A model generated the notes under the pieces. That model had not been told where the DNA came from. It did no database searches and saw nothing but the letters and a program-made list of their open reading frames with translations. From NCBI RefSeq assembly GCF_964213995.1, contig NC_135802.1:59458001-59522000 (forward strand): 64,000 bases of DNA, in the 5' to 3' direction. The translations under genes were made by a program, and so were the position numbers. The DNA comes from Mustelus asterias. Taxonomy: Eukaryota. Shown here one piece after another: positions 11,885 through 25,722 of the stretch (within the stretch, counting starts at the first letter, position 1; every line of letters begins with the position of its first letter).

Positions 11885-13160
11885 TTAGTGTCATAGAGTC
11901 ATACGGCACAGAAAGAGGCCCTTCGGTCGACCCTGTCTGCGCTGGCCATCAAGCTCCTATCTATTTTAATCCTATTTTCCAGCACTTGCATTTCAAGTGC
12001 TCACCTAAATGCTTCTTAAAGATTGTGAAGGTTCGCACCTCTACCACCCTTTTAGGCAGAGGGTTCCAGAGAAAACATTCTTTCTGGTTATATCACAGCT
12101 TGGTATGGCTCCTGCTGTGCCCAAGACAGGAAACTGCAAAGGGTCGTGAATGTAGCCCAGTCCATCATGCAAACCAGCCTCTCATCCATTTACTCTGTCT
12201 ACACTTCCTGCTGCATCGGAAAAGCAGCCAGCATAATTAAGGACCCTACACACCCCAGACATATTCTCTCCACCTTCTTTCCTCGGGAAAAAGTTAGGCA
12301 AGTCTGAGGTCATGTACCAACCGACTCAAGAACAGCTTCTTCCCTGCTGCCATCAGACTTTTGAATGGACCTACCGCGCACTAAGTTGATCTTTCTCTAC
12401 ACCCTAGCTATGACTGTAACACTACATTCTGCACATTCTTCTTTCCTTCCCTATGAACGGTATGCTTTATCTGTATAGCATGCAAGAAACAATACTTTAC
12501 ACTGTATACTAATACATGTGACAATAAATCAAATTAAATCCAGATTCCCACCACCCTCTTGGTGAAATAAAAATTCCTCAAATCCCCTCTAAATCTTCTG
12601 CCCATTACCTTAAACATATGCCCCTAGGTTATTGAGCTCACTATTAACAGGGAAAGTTTCTTCCTACCTACCCTGTCTATGTCTTTCATAATTTTGTACA
12701 CCTCAATCAGGTCCACTCTAAGGAGACCAATCCAAGCTATCCAGCCTCTCTTCACAACTGAAATGCTCCAGCCCAGGCAACATCCTGGTGAATCTCCTCT
12801 GCACCCTTTCTTGTGCAATCACATCCTTCCTATAGTGTGGGGACCAGAACTGTACACAGTACTATAGCTGTGGCCGAACTGATGTTTTACACAGCTCCAT
12901 CATAACCTCCCTGCTCTTATATTCTGTGTCTCGGCTAATAAAGGCAAGTATTTCACATGCCTTTTTAACCGCCTTATCTACCTGTTCTGCTCCCTCAGGA
13001 ACCTATGGACATGCACCACAAGATCCTTCTGGTTCTCTACTTCCTGACACCTATTGTTCATTGTGTATTCCCTTGCTTTGTTAGTCCTCCCAAAATGCAT
13101 CATCTCATGCTTTTCAGGGTTAACTTACATTCACCTCATGCTTTTCAGGGTTAAATTCCA
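11885..13160 (-). mobile_element. CR1 LINE 3' fragment interrupted by a Rex1 fragment
   Basis: CR1 tail and ORF2 remnants (RVDLIEVYKIMKDIDRV) lie on both sides of 12071-12539. Confidence 0.8.
12071..12539 (+). mobile_element. Rex1/Babar-like LINE 3' fragment
   Basis: Encodes RLKNSFFPAAIRLLNG-type terminus, has an (AAATC)n tail, and TCCAGA is duplicated at both junctions. Confidence 0.8.
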
Positions 13161-13989
13161 TGTAACCTTGCAACGCCATACCGAATCATACCAATGCGTG
13201 CTGAGAGTGTTAACCATGATGAAACAGACATCTTTGAAATTGTAGACGTTGATGCATGTTAAGAGCTGTGTTATAAAGACACGCCAACTAACAAGGTGAT
13301 ACTTGTTGGAAGATGATATACTCAAGATCTAGATATTCTGAGTCATCCATATGTCATTTTAACATAGTGCAATAATGTAAATAGTAAACGTAATTTTTTT
13401 TGGCATGTCATGTTATTATTAATGTTGCATTTCTCAGCTAGGACAGATCTTTAACAGTGGGTAGAAAGGTTCTTAATATATGTAGGTCATTTTGTTTAAT
13501 TGATGGTTGCTGCTTGCTGTCTGTGGTTGGTTTTCATTCTTGCATGCTATTTCCTGATTGGTGGATCTCCTATCCACTCTGTTCCAATTTGTTGCTATTT
13601 TATGACTACAAAATTTGACCATATGCAAAACAGCAAGTTTGATGGACAGGTAGAAAATTTGCACAATTGTACCTTTATTATTTTTCTCTCAGCACATCAG
13701 ATGATGGCCTGATTTATATTCAATCACTATAAATCATTGGCCCTGATGATATATTGCCAGTCGTATCTCTGTCTTTTATGATGAGCAATACCAAGGAAGA
13801 TTTGTTAGTAATGAATAAACACAGTATGTCTAGTGTGCACTTCCTGCCCTTCACGCTACACATAGATGTCATATTGATCTCAAATTTCTGTCATACCTCC
13901 GACAAATATAAAGATTTCAAGAAATTCTGCAAAAGGACAACATGATAAATAAAATATATTGGAGCTTTAAGTGATACTGTTTTACAACA

Positions 13990-14302
13990 CCTACAGTACA
14001 GAAGGAAGCCATTCGGCCCATCGCGTCTGCACTGACCACAACCTCACCCAGGCCCTATTCCCATCACCCCACATATTTACCCTGCTAATCCCCTGACACT
14101 AAGGGGCAATTTTAGCATGGCCTATCAACCTAACCCGTACATCTTTGGACTGTGGGAGGAAACCGGAGCACCCGGAGGAAACCCACGCAGACACTGGGAG
14201 GAAGTGCAAACTCCACACAGACAGTGACCCGAGGCTGGAATTGAACCCAGGTCCCTGGCGCTGTGAGGCAGCAGTGCTAACCACTGTGCCATCGTGTTGC
14301 CC
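13990..14302 (-). mobile_element. HE1/V-SINE-type SINE with CR1-type tail
   Basis: Reverse-complemented head and core; tail GGCCGAATGGCTTCCTTCTGTACTGTAGG. Confidence 0.9.
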
Positions 14303-14341
14303 CTACATGTCCACGATGCGCCACACTGCCATTAGTTTTCA

Positions 14342-14530
14342 ATAACTTGTATTTATACTGAGCCGCCAATTAAGTAAAATGTCCACAAGGTGCTTTACAG
14401 GAACATTATTAAGGAACACTTGACATTGAGCCACATAAGGAGATATTTGGACAGAAGAGCCAAATGCTATGTCAAGGCCGTAAGTTTTGATCATCTTGAA
14501 GGAGAGCATGAAGGGAGGTGGGAAGACGTT
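14342..14530 (-). mobile_element. Old L2-like LINE 3' end
   Basis: AACTTGTATTTATA...AAGGTGCTTTACAG pattern. A similar tract occurs at ~58735-59130. Confidence 0.45.
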
Positions 14531-15382
14531 ACAATTTCTGAGAGATGAAAAACAATCTTAAAATACTAAATCCTTCAGACCTGCAATTTTTACCTCTAAT
14601 ATCATATTCCACTTTGTAAAGTTCCCTGACTAAACAAAGGTTACGCTTCTGAATGACCAAAATGGCTCATAATTTTCTGTCAAAAATAATGGTACCACTA
14701 GTAGCACTCACCTTTATTTATGCCCAGCTGCTACAGCAATTTCAGACAATGATAGGTGCGTTATTAGCAATTCAAAGGTTTGGTGTCCGCGATGCACCAC
14801 TCTGCCATTAGCTTTGCCAAAACAGCATTTTGCTGTCTGGCTCACCATTGAACTGCATTAAATGGTGAAATAGATACCAAGTAAAGTTGCCACAGAAAGT
14901 TAGATCTGATCTGGAGTGATGTCAGGAACCTGTTTTAGAGCTATTTAAGATCTGTGCATGTTTAATTAAGCTTGGATTAGTTGTGTGATGTTTGCCATGT
15001 GTTTATAGTTAATTAGTGTTAATGAACTTCTCTGGCACCAAAAATGAATTATTGCAAGTTTGCAAAATCATTCTTCGAGATTTAAATTGTTAGCGATTTT
15101 AAAAGTTAGATTACTTTTTCTCTCTCATTTCAATCTTTCCTTTTTATTCCTCTTTCTGTACCTGATTTGACTTTGAATTTACCCATGCTAATTTTACACA
15201 TCCTTTTCTCAGTCCTTTCCCTATTACTTTCAGAACCCGTCAAAGAATTGGTTAAAGAGACATGCAGGTGCTTATCCTGTTCACTTAGGTCCCAGGTGCT
15301 TAATTTCTCATGTTGCAATATTGTCAGCTGTTACACAGATGCAACTTTTTAAAAAAGCAGAAAAATAGCCAATATTTTTTCA

Positions 15383-15735
15383 TTTGATTTATTGTTGTCA
15401 CGTGTATTAGTGTACAGTGAAAAGTATTGTTTCTTGCGCGCTATACAGACAAAGCATACTTTTCATAGAGAAGGAAACGAGAGCGTGCAGAATGTAGTGT
15501 TACAGTCATAGTTAGGATGTAGAGAAAGATCAACTTAATGCAAGGTAAGTCCATTCAAAAGTCCGACAGCAACAGGGAAGAAGCTGTTCATGAGTTGGCT
15601 GGAACGTGACCTCAGACTTTTGTATCTTTTCCCGACGGAAGAAGGTGGAAGAGAGAATGTCCGGTGTGCGTGGGGTCCTTAATTATGCTGGCTGCTTTGC
15701 CAAGGCAACGGGAAGTGTAGACAGAGTCAATGGAT
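15383..15735 (-). mobile_element. Rex1-like LINE 3' fragment
   Basis: Reverse complement of 12190-12539 and 35130-35465. Confidence 0.82.
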
Positions 15736-16724
15736 GGGATATATGCAGATAAACAATCACATCAACAGGATTACTTTACTGTCAATTTTCCCATTTTATC
15801 ACAAATTTCTGAATGGTGTCTCACTTTCAGATTGTGTAGGATGTGACCTCATTGTCATGGAAACCATTTTGGTCCCACCACAAGATCAAAGCATATCTGC
15901 TTTATTGCACTCTTGTTGATGGTATATTGGTACCAATGGCCTAATGGCAACCCTGGATTGAAGATTAAATATACTTTTGAGTTACACCTCACAAACTAAA
16001 TTATGTGGCCTTTGAAGTTGAATATTCTCACAATCCCAAGCCTTCAAAGTTCCAAGAAGATTAAATAATTTTGATCTCTTTACCCCCCCCCCCCCCCATC
16101 TTCAAACATAATTGGAACATTAATGAGACCAAAATCAGAAAAAAATACTTCCCATTGCCTTCTCATCTGCAGCTTACCTACTACCAATTTTGAGCCTTGA
16201 ACTAGGTGTACAGCGCTCCTGCTAGAAACAGATGGTATCCTCAGTTGAAAATTGGGATCCCAGGGCAGGGCATACCAGTGCTATTATAATGCTCCCTCCA
16301 ATCTTGCCCGCTGCCCTGAGTGGTAAGTGACCAAACTAATGCCCCTTAAAAGGGGTTATTTGTGGGTTGAAGAAAAAAGTTGAGGTAAAGGCAGCACAAT
16401 CAGTGCAATCATCATTTCTGCTTCTCCCTAAAGCTCCTCCAAAAACTGGGGTGGGATTTTATCTAAAGAATTCTAAGTATCATAAAAGTCTGAAAACAGG
16501 TGTGTTCCACACCTGTTTTTGGGTGAGTTTGGCACTGCAATCTTCCCACACTCAGTTTTTCTGACAGCAGGGAGATTTGCACCGGTAGAAGGTGGTGGAA
16601 CCTAAACTTGGCGGGAAAACCAGTTTCAGAGCGTTTGAGTTTCATTGCGCAGCATGCCCTGATCTCCCAGTGAACTAGGCAACCTCCTCCCACCCAACCC
16701 CACAGACATCTACATCGGACCTCC

Positions 16725-17010
16725 ATTCAATGGCAGAATGTTCTCCACCCACCCCCACATTTGCCCATCGAATCTAGACCGATTCTCTGACAGAGTATCT
16801 TACCCAGACCCTCTCCCCTATTCCTGTAACTTCACGTGTACCATGGCTAATCCACCTAACTTACACATGGGACACGAAGGGGCAATTTAGCATGGCCAAT
16901 AAACCTAACCTGGACTGTGTGAGGAAATCAGAGCACCTAGAGGAAAGCCATGCAGGCATGGGGAGAATGTACAAACTGCACACTGACAGTCATCACTGTG
17001 CAAACCCGCA
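16725..17010 (-). mobile_element. Degraded SINE inserted in a GC-rich MITE-like repeat (~16560-17410)
   Basis: GGCAATTTAGCATGGCCAAT...GGACTGTG..GGAAA SINE core; flanks are non-coding GC-rich repeat. Confidence 0.6.
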
Positions 17011-18272
17011 CCCGCTCCCACCCCCACCCCCACCCACGTCCCTACTCATGCACCACCCCCACTTAGGCCACACACCTCTGGCACACAGTGCTGCCAGGTG
17101 GGCACTGCCCGGCCATGCTCCAGTCTGTCCAGGGACTTCCCCTCGACGTGGCCATCACGCCTGGTCTCTGCTGGTCTCCTCCACACTGGCGAGGGGGGAA
17201 ACGAACAGGAGGCCGGAATATGCCATCCCAGATGAGTTAATAGGATTGAAATGCAATTGCTCCTATGCAAATCGACTCTGCACCCTTTCTGGAAGTGAAT
17301 TCGATCCCGCTGGCAAAACAGGGCTGGGAACGTTGCATGCGACGCCAAAGGGCATTCGGATTTTTGACCTTGCACGCAATCTTACCACCTCGCCAAGTCA
17401 ATCGACCATCTCAGCAAGCTAATAAGATCACGTCCTTAGACTTTTGTGTCTGCCTGTTTAAATCACATTGGTACTCCTGTTTAATTAATTATGTTTTGCC
17501 CAGCTCAGTTTCACACATGAATCACCAGATTCCCATCCCAATCCCAGATCTTTGACGTGGCCATTATCACTAGGGTTTATTTCCATGCAAAGAGGTGCAA
17601 CCAGGCAAATTCCCTGCTTCTGCAGAGGACACTATGTAAAGCAGTGTGCATATTTGAAGCGGGATTTGAAGACTCATACAACAGACACTGCAGGGCTTGG
17701 ACTTCTATGATCCATATGGTCTTCAGAATTTTATCACCATTTGTATCTAGTCTTACATTTTTGCATCCTTTTTGTTAATGTTGAGTATGAAGGAATAATG
17801 GATTATAAGCTGTAGTGAATGAACTTCATTCTTTAATAAAATTGTAATCTTCACATGCAAACCGTAAACTCAGCCAATCTCTCTCCACTTTTTTGAATCT
17901 GGTTCCCTAGATTATTGGCCCAGAATTTCCTGCCAAGGTGAGATCGGCATCATGCACCATAAATCTTGCCATTTAATGCTGATCTCGACACTCTTACCTT
18001 GCTCAAAATTTTACTGGTTTTTAAATTACAGGGAATCTTACCAAAAAATAGCAACGTGCCAGGTTCTGACTGAAAAGTGGTGTCATTCTTTCCAGAGGAA
18101 CGGGCAGGTTTGCTCTCCAAATCTTATAACACTTTGTCAAAAAAGGAAACGGGTCATGTTTCATGCCATTATTTTGAGGGGGCAGTTAAAACCGAGCTGC
18201 ACTGAGATTAGGGCTTTCTCTCTGACGACGAATGTGGGCTGAAAATCGTCCCCACAATAGGAAGTTAGCACA

Positions 18273-19578
18273 GTGGATTCATGAGGGGAAAGTCATGCTT
18301 GACGAACATGTTGGATTTTTATGAAGATGTGACTAGGGCGGTTGATGGAGGAGAACCGGTGGATGCGGTGTTTTTGGATTTCCAAAAGGCGTTTGATAAG
18401 GTGCCCCATAAAAGGCTGCTGAAGAAGATTAGGGCACACGGAGTTGGGGGTAGTGTGTTAAAGTGGATTGGGGACTGGCTATCCGACAGGAAGCAAAGAG
18501 TTGGAATAAATGGGTGTTTTTCCGGTTGGAGGAAGGTAACTAGTGGCGTGCCGCAGGGATCGGTACTCGGGCCGCAACTATTTACCATTTATATAGATGA
18601 TCTGGAGGAGGGGACGGAGTGTAGGGTAACAAAGTTTGCAGAGGACACAAAGATAAGTGGAAAAGTGAATCGTGTGGAGGACGGAGAAGATCTGCAGAGA
18701 GATTTGGACAGGCTGAGTGAGTGGGCGAGGATATGGCAAATGGAGTATAACGTTGATAAATGCGAGGTTATACACTTTGGAGGAAATAATAACAAATGGG
18801 ATTACTATCTCAATGGAAACAAATTAAAACATGCTACCGTGCAAAGGGACCTGGGGGTCCTTGTGCATGAGACGCAAAAGCCCAGTCTGCAGGTACAACA
18901 GGTGATCAAGAAGGCAAATGGGATGTTGGCCTATATCGCGAGGGGGATAGAATATAAAAGCAGGGATGTCTTGATGCACCTGTACAGGGCATTGGTGAGG
19001 CCGCAGCTGGAATACTGTGTGCAGTATTGGTCCCCTTATATGAGGAAGGATATATTGGCATTGGAGGGAGTGCAGAGAAGGTTCACCAGGTTGATACCGG
19101 AGATGAGGGGTTTGGATTATGAGGAGAGGCTGAGGAGATTGGGTTTGTACTCGTTGGAGTTTAGAAGGATGAGGGGGGATCTTATGGAGACTTATAAGAT
19201 AATGCGGGGCTGGATAGGGTGGAGGCGGAGAGATTCTTTCCATTTAGTAAGGAAGTTAAAACTAGAGGACACAGCCTCAAAATAAAGGGGGGTCGGTTTA
19301 AGACAGAGTTGAGGAGGAACTTCTTCTCCCAGAGGGTGGTGAATCTCTGGAATTCTCTGCCCACTGAGGTGGCGGAGGCTACCTCGCTGAATATGTTTAA
19401 AGCGCGGATGGATGGATTCCTGATCGGTAAGGGAATTAAGGGTTATGGGGATCAGGCGGGTAAGTGGTACTGATCCACGTCAGATCAGCCATGATCTTAT
19501 TGAATGGCGGGGCAGGCTCGAGGGGCTAGATGGCCTACTCCTGCTCCTATTTCTTATGTTCTTATATTATGTTCTTAT
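18273..19578 (+). mobile_element. Young 5'-truncated CR1 LINE (RT domain + 3' UTR)
   Basis: ORF 18281-19285 (334 aa: FLDFQKAFDKVPH, SGVPQGSVLGP, KFAEDTK) with one frameshift near the C-terminus; (TTCTTATG)n tail. Confidence 0.95.
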
Positions 19579-20224
19579 GGTGAATCAGGCACTCAGTGAA
19601 TGGGAATAACTTTCTTTAGTAAGTTTTCATCTGAAATTATTTTCAATTGTACTGTTCTTTTTGAGGTTGCAATTTTTGTCGTGTGTGTGAATTAATGAAT
19701 TGAGTCACTGCTGTTATTACATTATCAATTATTAATAATTTAGGAATAAAATAATTGCTGACTTATTTTCAAGTATTATAAGAGCATAAAATTCTGGGTT
19801 GCTCATGAGATACTGACTTTTCTCTGAGTCAGTGTGCTTTAAATGTTTTGAGGTATATGTTCATCAATCTACTCATAACTGATTGGAACAATAGATTCTT
19901 AATAAAATTAGACTTGGCAGAAAGTATTTGTTTGCTGTGTTATACCTTTAGTGAGGTTAAGCACTGGAAATACAACATTTAAATTCTAGGAACAATTTCA
20001 TATGGCCTCCTTCTGTGCTGTAACAATTGTGTGATTCTGTAACTCCTGAACAATGTAAGAGAGAGAAATTATGGAATAAGTAACGAGGGCAGAGCTGATT
20101 TACCTTATCCAGCAGGGATAATGGTGAAGTTGTGCAAAGGTCACAGGAAGAAAATCACGGGTGGTGTAGTTAATGACAACATAAGTTCCTTAGTTCATAA
20201 TTTCTCCCTTTTGCAGTGTTCGAG

Positions 20225-21400
20225 GGAGCAAAAGAGGCCATTTAGCCCATCATATCTCTACCAGCTCTATGTAGAAATTACCTAATGAACTGACCCCCCA
20301 TACATTCTTCCTATTCGGATAATGATCCAATTCCCTCTTGGATACTTTGATCGAACCTGCTTCTACCACACTCTCAGGCAGTGTATTCCAGATCCCAAGC
20401 ACTCTGCGTGTGAAAAAGATTTTCTTCATGTCACCATTGCTTCTTGCCAGTTACCCTCAAGCAGCTTATCCTTATCCAGCCCAGCCCCTTCATGATTTTA
20501 AGTACCTCTATCAAATTTCCTCTCAGTCTTTTCTTCTGCAAGAAAAACAGTCCTAACTTCGCTAATCTGTCCATATAACTGAAGTTTCATAATCCCTAGA
20601 ACCTTCTTTTCTGCACTCTCTCAAATGCCTTCACATCTTTCCTAAAGTGTAGTGCCCAGAACTGGGCGCAGTTGAGGCTCCACTACTGTTCTATACAAGT
20701 TTAACATAACTTCCTTGATAAATGTTGTATGCTTTGTTTACCGTTTTCCCAACTTGTGATTTATGCACATATACACCAAGGTCTCTCTCTGCCCCTGCCA
20801 CCCAACCCCACAAAAGAATTGTGCATTTTATTTTATTTTGACTGTCCGTATTTTTCCATCAAAAGGAATCACTTTACACCTCGCAGCATTTCATCTGCCA
20901 CTTAGCTGCCCATTGTGCCAGGTTGTCGAGATCCTTTTGAAGTTCTACACTATCCTTAGTTCACAGTGGTTCCGAGTTCTGTATCATCCCCCCCCCCCAG
21001 TAAATCTGTTATAAAACTTCCTTCAGCCCAAGAAACGTGCATTAACCATTCATCTGTTTCCTGTCACTCAGAAAATTTTGTAACTATGTTGCTGCTTTCC
21101 TATTTATCCCATAAGCTATAACTTTGCCCGCAAGTCTATTATGTGGCACTAAATGCCTTCTGGAAGTTCATGTGCATCACATCAAAAGCATTTCCTCATC
21201 AACCTTATGAACATAGGAGTAAGCCATTCAGCCCATTGAGTCTGCTCCACCATTTAATTTGATCATGGTTGATCATCCACTGCACAACCACTTTCCTGCA
21301 CTATCCCCATATCCCTTGATGTCAATAATATCCAGGAATCTATTGATTTCTACCTTGAACATATTCAATGATTGAGCTTCCACAAGGGTAGACAATGGCA
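20225..21400 (-). mobile_element. Old CR1 fragments (two copies)
   Basis: CR1 tail motifs GGCCATTTAGCCC and CATAGGAGTAAGCCATTCAGCCC; ORF remnant VEAQSLNMFKVEINRFL. Confidence 0.7.
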
Positions 21401-21700
21401 ATCTATTTTCAATGAGTGTCATACTGAAAACTAGATAACTTAAATCCAAAATTTCACCACCCAGTTGACAGTCTATGCTTCTCAGCATAAAAACTAAAAC
21501 CAAGGTCTGAGAGTGATTATTCAAGGGTACTAAATAGCAATCATGGATTTGGGTAAAGGTAATTGTTGAAAACTCTCTCTTTCAAGCCTTTTGATTCAAT
21601 GAATATTGCAATAAAGTCTGAATGGATTTCATTATGTTACTACGTGTAAAAGTGTTAGATCTTTTGTTTGTAATATACTATGTCTGTTTCACTCCTGCAG

Positions 21701-21843
21701 ACGTTGGGTCAGACTTCTGTTTGGACGAGAATTTCCTCTTCAGGATCTCTTGGTGATCTGGGATACTTTGTTTGCTGACAGTGTTACCCTGGATTTAGTG
21801 GACTATATTTTTGTGGCAATGCTGTTATACATAAGAGATGTTT
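21701..21843 (+). CDS. TBC1D5: TBC1 domain family member 5 (Rab-GAP), internal coding exon, 143 nt
   Basis: Acceptor ctgcag|; translation RWVRLLFGREFPLQDLLVIWDTLFADSVTLDLVDYIFVAMLLYIRDV matches recalled vertebrate TBC1D5; donor |gtaagt. Confidence 0.95.
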
Positions 21844-23886
21844 GTAAGTATATATATTACATTTTTATAGCTAATTTCCAATGCTTTTTTAAATACTTGG
21901 TGTAACATGGTATAATAAATTTGCAATAATATTGCATTATATCAAAATAGAAGTCAAGTTTTGAGTATTTTGACCACTTATAGAGCAAAGAATTGGGGTG
22001 ACATTGGTTGCTTTTTAAATGTTGCATTTCGAAGCATAGAGTAGTTACACCATTTTTAAAAGGGTACTCTGAGTTGGTTATTAATGTACTAAGTCTTTTG
22101 TTTTCCCAAAGGTGTAAACATTAACAGTTTGTCTCTATAATCAATAAGCACCTCACACCTATTCTGTTTTGAAGTCTCTGGTTCTGGTACTTGGCAGCAG
22201 GTGTCCAACACACTTTTCTTTTCAGCTATGAAGAGACAGAAATTTTATAACTCAGGTCCTGTTAAGGCTGCATACGCAGTAAGTTTTTAAATTGAAAATC
22301 TATGAGAGCTTTCAACAAGTCAGAGAGATTAGAAATGCTGGAAAGCTGTTAAGACATTTTGTTTAAGTCAAGTAAGTTGGTCCACTGATGTGGGAAAACG
22401 TGCTTTTTTCATATTATGCTAAGATAAGTTGTGCTGATTGAATTAAGTGCGACAGATCCCAATTGATATTCTGTATGTTCACATTACTGTTGAATAAAGC
22501 AGCTTATTGATTCATATGAGACCTCGCCTTAATTGTTGTCTTATTGGAATTGTTCAAGTGCCACATGTAAAAGACATGAATATCCAGGTTAGGTCACAAG
22601 GGGCTATTATTGTTGAACCTTTTTTATGTTAATACATAAATGTATGTAAAAGTAAGATGTTCAAACCACATAAGGCAGCAACCAATGTTATTGGACCAAA
22701 GAAGGTTGATATTGTACACCTAAACAATAGAAAAATAAGTATAGCAAAGCACACACATTAGTATGTGGAAGCCTGCCACCTTGTGACTAAAACATGATTC
22801 CAACTTGATTGAAATAATTTTATCCCCTGCAAGTTGCATTATAAACATAGCAAAGCTTTTGTCTGCATTCTATACATGTTTAGGGAATGAGATGAAAAGC
22901 AGACCTTAATAAAGATCGATATCTTACTGCTTTAATTATATTACTTGAACCGATTTTTGTGCTTACAAAGAGTCCAGCTGTGTAGTCGATTAAATATCAA
23001 ATCATACTCCTGACCGATTCAAATGCTGTTTTATTAATGTTGTTTTAGATTGTCAAGATCGTAAGTAAGCAATAATCATTTAAGCTTAGTAAGGATGCAG
23101 TATCATATAGTTTTCTGATCAGATAGCTCTAACTTGCATTATTAATGTACCATGTGTTTTTGGCTTTAATGACTTTCACAAAAAGTACAGTAAATGGTCA
23201 CAAGAGAACAAAAGTATTATGGAACAGTGAGCACGGTAAGCGAGTGCTTCACAAATGAAACCAGATGTATGAAATTACAAGCTGTCAGATCAAAAAGGAA
23301 ATGAAGATGATGAAGTAGTTCTCACTATAAAATATAATTATTTGTTTTAATCACTTACAAAATTTTTTGCTCATAATCTTTAAATGTCCAGGCTTGCAAT
23401 GACTACTATCATACAATTACAGTCAAATGGTTAGAACACATAATATTGCCTCAGATGTTTTAATTTCTCTTTTTTAAATGCATTTAATTTAGTAACAATA
23501 CAATTAATAACAATAATATTCCACAACTGAAATATTGTCAGACAATTCATTGAATGGCTAAAATAAATTTGTTGAAGGATCTTGAGATTACTGCGAAAAG
23601 GTATATTGTTCATTGGGTTGATGTTTTGTAATTTTGCATTACACTGATTTATCTCTCACTGTAAAACGTGGCATCATCTTTAAGTAAAGTTGTTTTGCAA
23701 ACATTATTTTGTAATTTATGTGTGACATTTGTGTGATAAAACTGTAGAATGTCTGACTGTTTCCCTGCTTAAACAAAACTGTTGGACTGTCAGTAATAAT
23801 ATTGTTTTTAATTCCTAGATTTTGCGTGTGTACGCGTATACATATAAATAAAATACTTATACTGTTTTGTGTTTTATCTTCCTCAG

Positions 23887-23993
23887 TAATTGCCAGTAAC
23901 TATCAAACCTGCCTTGGACTGCTTCTCCATTACCCGTCTGTTGAAGATGTACATTCCTTAATTCAGAAAGCACTCTTCTTACGAGATCCAAAG
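23887..23993 (+). CDS. TBC1D5: TBC1D5 internal coding exon, 107 nt
   Basis: Pyrimidine tract + cctcag|; in phase with the previous exon (T+TA=Leu); (L)IASNYQTCLGLLLHYPSVEDVHSLIQKALFLRDPK; donor |gtaata. Confidence 0.95.
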
Positions 23994-24864
23994 GTAATAT
24001 GCTATTATTTGAGGTACATTCTTGTGTTAAAAAACATATGATTTTAGAATTGCACTGCTCATTGATCCTCTCTGAAATTAAACTGTATAGAGACCTAATC
24101 TTGTAATAAATTATGTAAAATTAAGAGATGTTTATTGCCTAAGAAATAAATTGAAATCAAGTAAGATACATTTTTGATTCCAAAAGTTTCATAAGTGGAA
24201 CTTGCATTTATTTTTGAGGTTTAAAATTACAGGACAATGCAACAGAATATAGAATGATATGCTTGAATACTTCAAAATTATTTTTAGAAGTTACTGTTGA
24301 AATTAATCATTTAATCAATACCAAGTCAAACAAAAGAAAATCTATATTTGAAATACATGTTTGTACATGGTATTTGTAGTACGTTCTATGAAGGTGGGTA
24401 AAATCTGTGGAAAAATAGGAACATTGTTGTGGCTTCTCCACTATGGTTTGCTGGTTCAACAATGGTCATTTGCTAGCTTATAAAAGGAAGAAAATGTTCT
24501 GAATTATTGTACATTTGAGGGCACATCTGTAACCAAAGGGGTAATAATTCATCAATTATAGCTTCTGAGCTGCAGTCAATATTTGTTTTATTGTACCCAT
24601 GAGCTAAATTTATTCTTCAAATGGGAAATGTTTTCACCCATTTTGACTGGTTAATAGCCTGTGCTTTGTGGTCTGTTCACTGAAGATTATTGCCTACTGT
24701 CAGTTACTTGCCAGGAGTGAAAACATTTCCTCATGTATAATTTTCAGCAAATCATGTATTTCAGGCCAAAATTATAACAAATGTATAACCTAACCTAATT
24801 CACTACCACAGAATGTAGTTGTGGCCAAAACGTTGTCTGATTTCAAGAAGAAAGGCTAAAGGGA

Positions 24865-25570
24865 TCAGAGGACCATTGGACATGCGCCAATCTCCCAGTA
24901 TACTGGGGGAGTGGTTGACAATCCCTCCCTCACCCCACCCCCCCCTTCCTCCCCCATACCACGATTAGCAACCTCCAGTCCCACCATCCACCCCATCCCC
25001 AGACATTGCAGTCCTCCTGATGACCGGCCCCAACCACCAATGGCTGACCCCATCACGAACCCCCAGCCCACAATGCAGAGTTTCTCCCCCCCTCCCGGGA
25101 CTGGTTCTGCCATCGCCTGCCCCCTTTTCCCCTAGGGCCCTGCCCTCTTGGCACTGTCTGGTGCCTAGTCGGCACTGCCATGGTGGTACTGTCCAAGGGT
25201 CACTGCTCCACCCCTTCTGGTCCTGCCCAGTGGACCTCTATGGCCTCTGGTTCCATCAGTGAGGCCATCACAACAAGTTCCTGTTGCTGGGGTCCAACTG
25301 GTGATCTCTGCTGGTGGAAACCTTCACCGGTGAGGTTGGAAATCCAAGTGAGCCCAGATAATACTGTTCAGAGCTCGCTAAAGGGATGTAACTTAAGATA
25401 TGAATATTTAAATCAGCGTCAAGTTGAGGCTATATACACAAAAAAAAGGCCAGGGAGATTTGCAACCTGCCGTCTGTCAGGAGGGAACTCGATTTCTTGA
25501 CTCCTGCTGATAATTCCTGCCCTGCTATGCTGGTTGAGTAGTGTAGCAGGGCGGGAATATTGCGCTCTTT
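24865..25570. repeat. GC-rich non-coding interspersed repeat (MITE-like); related pieces at ~16560-17410 and 26490-27030
   Basis: Shared motifs such as GGCACTGCC/GGCACTGTC and C-rich tracts; no credible ORF. Confidence 0.45.
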
Positions 25571-25722
25571 ATGTCTTGATTTCATAACACACAAATTATA
25601 TAGCAGAAATAGAGGGTAAATAAGTGGCTAAAAAGAAGGAACTTTAGCTAATTAGTGTTAGCAGAGAAAAAGTATTGGAGAAACTTAAAGGATTCAAATC
25701 CAACAAATCCCCAGGATCTAAT

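Noticed and set aside
16084-16098. Poly-C tracts (also ~20988-20998)
   Set aside because: Simple homopolymers with no supporting context; their length may be assembly-dependent.
16892-17422. 176-aa proline-rich ORF
   Set aside because: It spans an antisense SINE and a GC-rich repeat, so it is a chance ORF.
23802-24041. 79-aa ORF as a standalone gene
   Set aside because: It is the 107-nt TBC1D5 exon read through into flanking intron.
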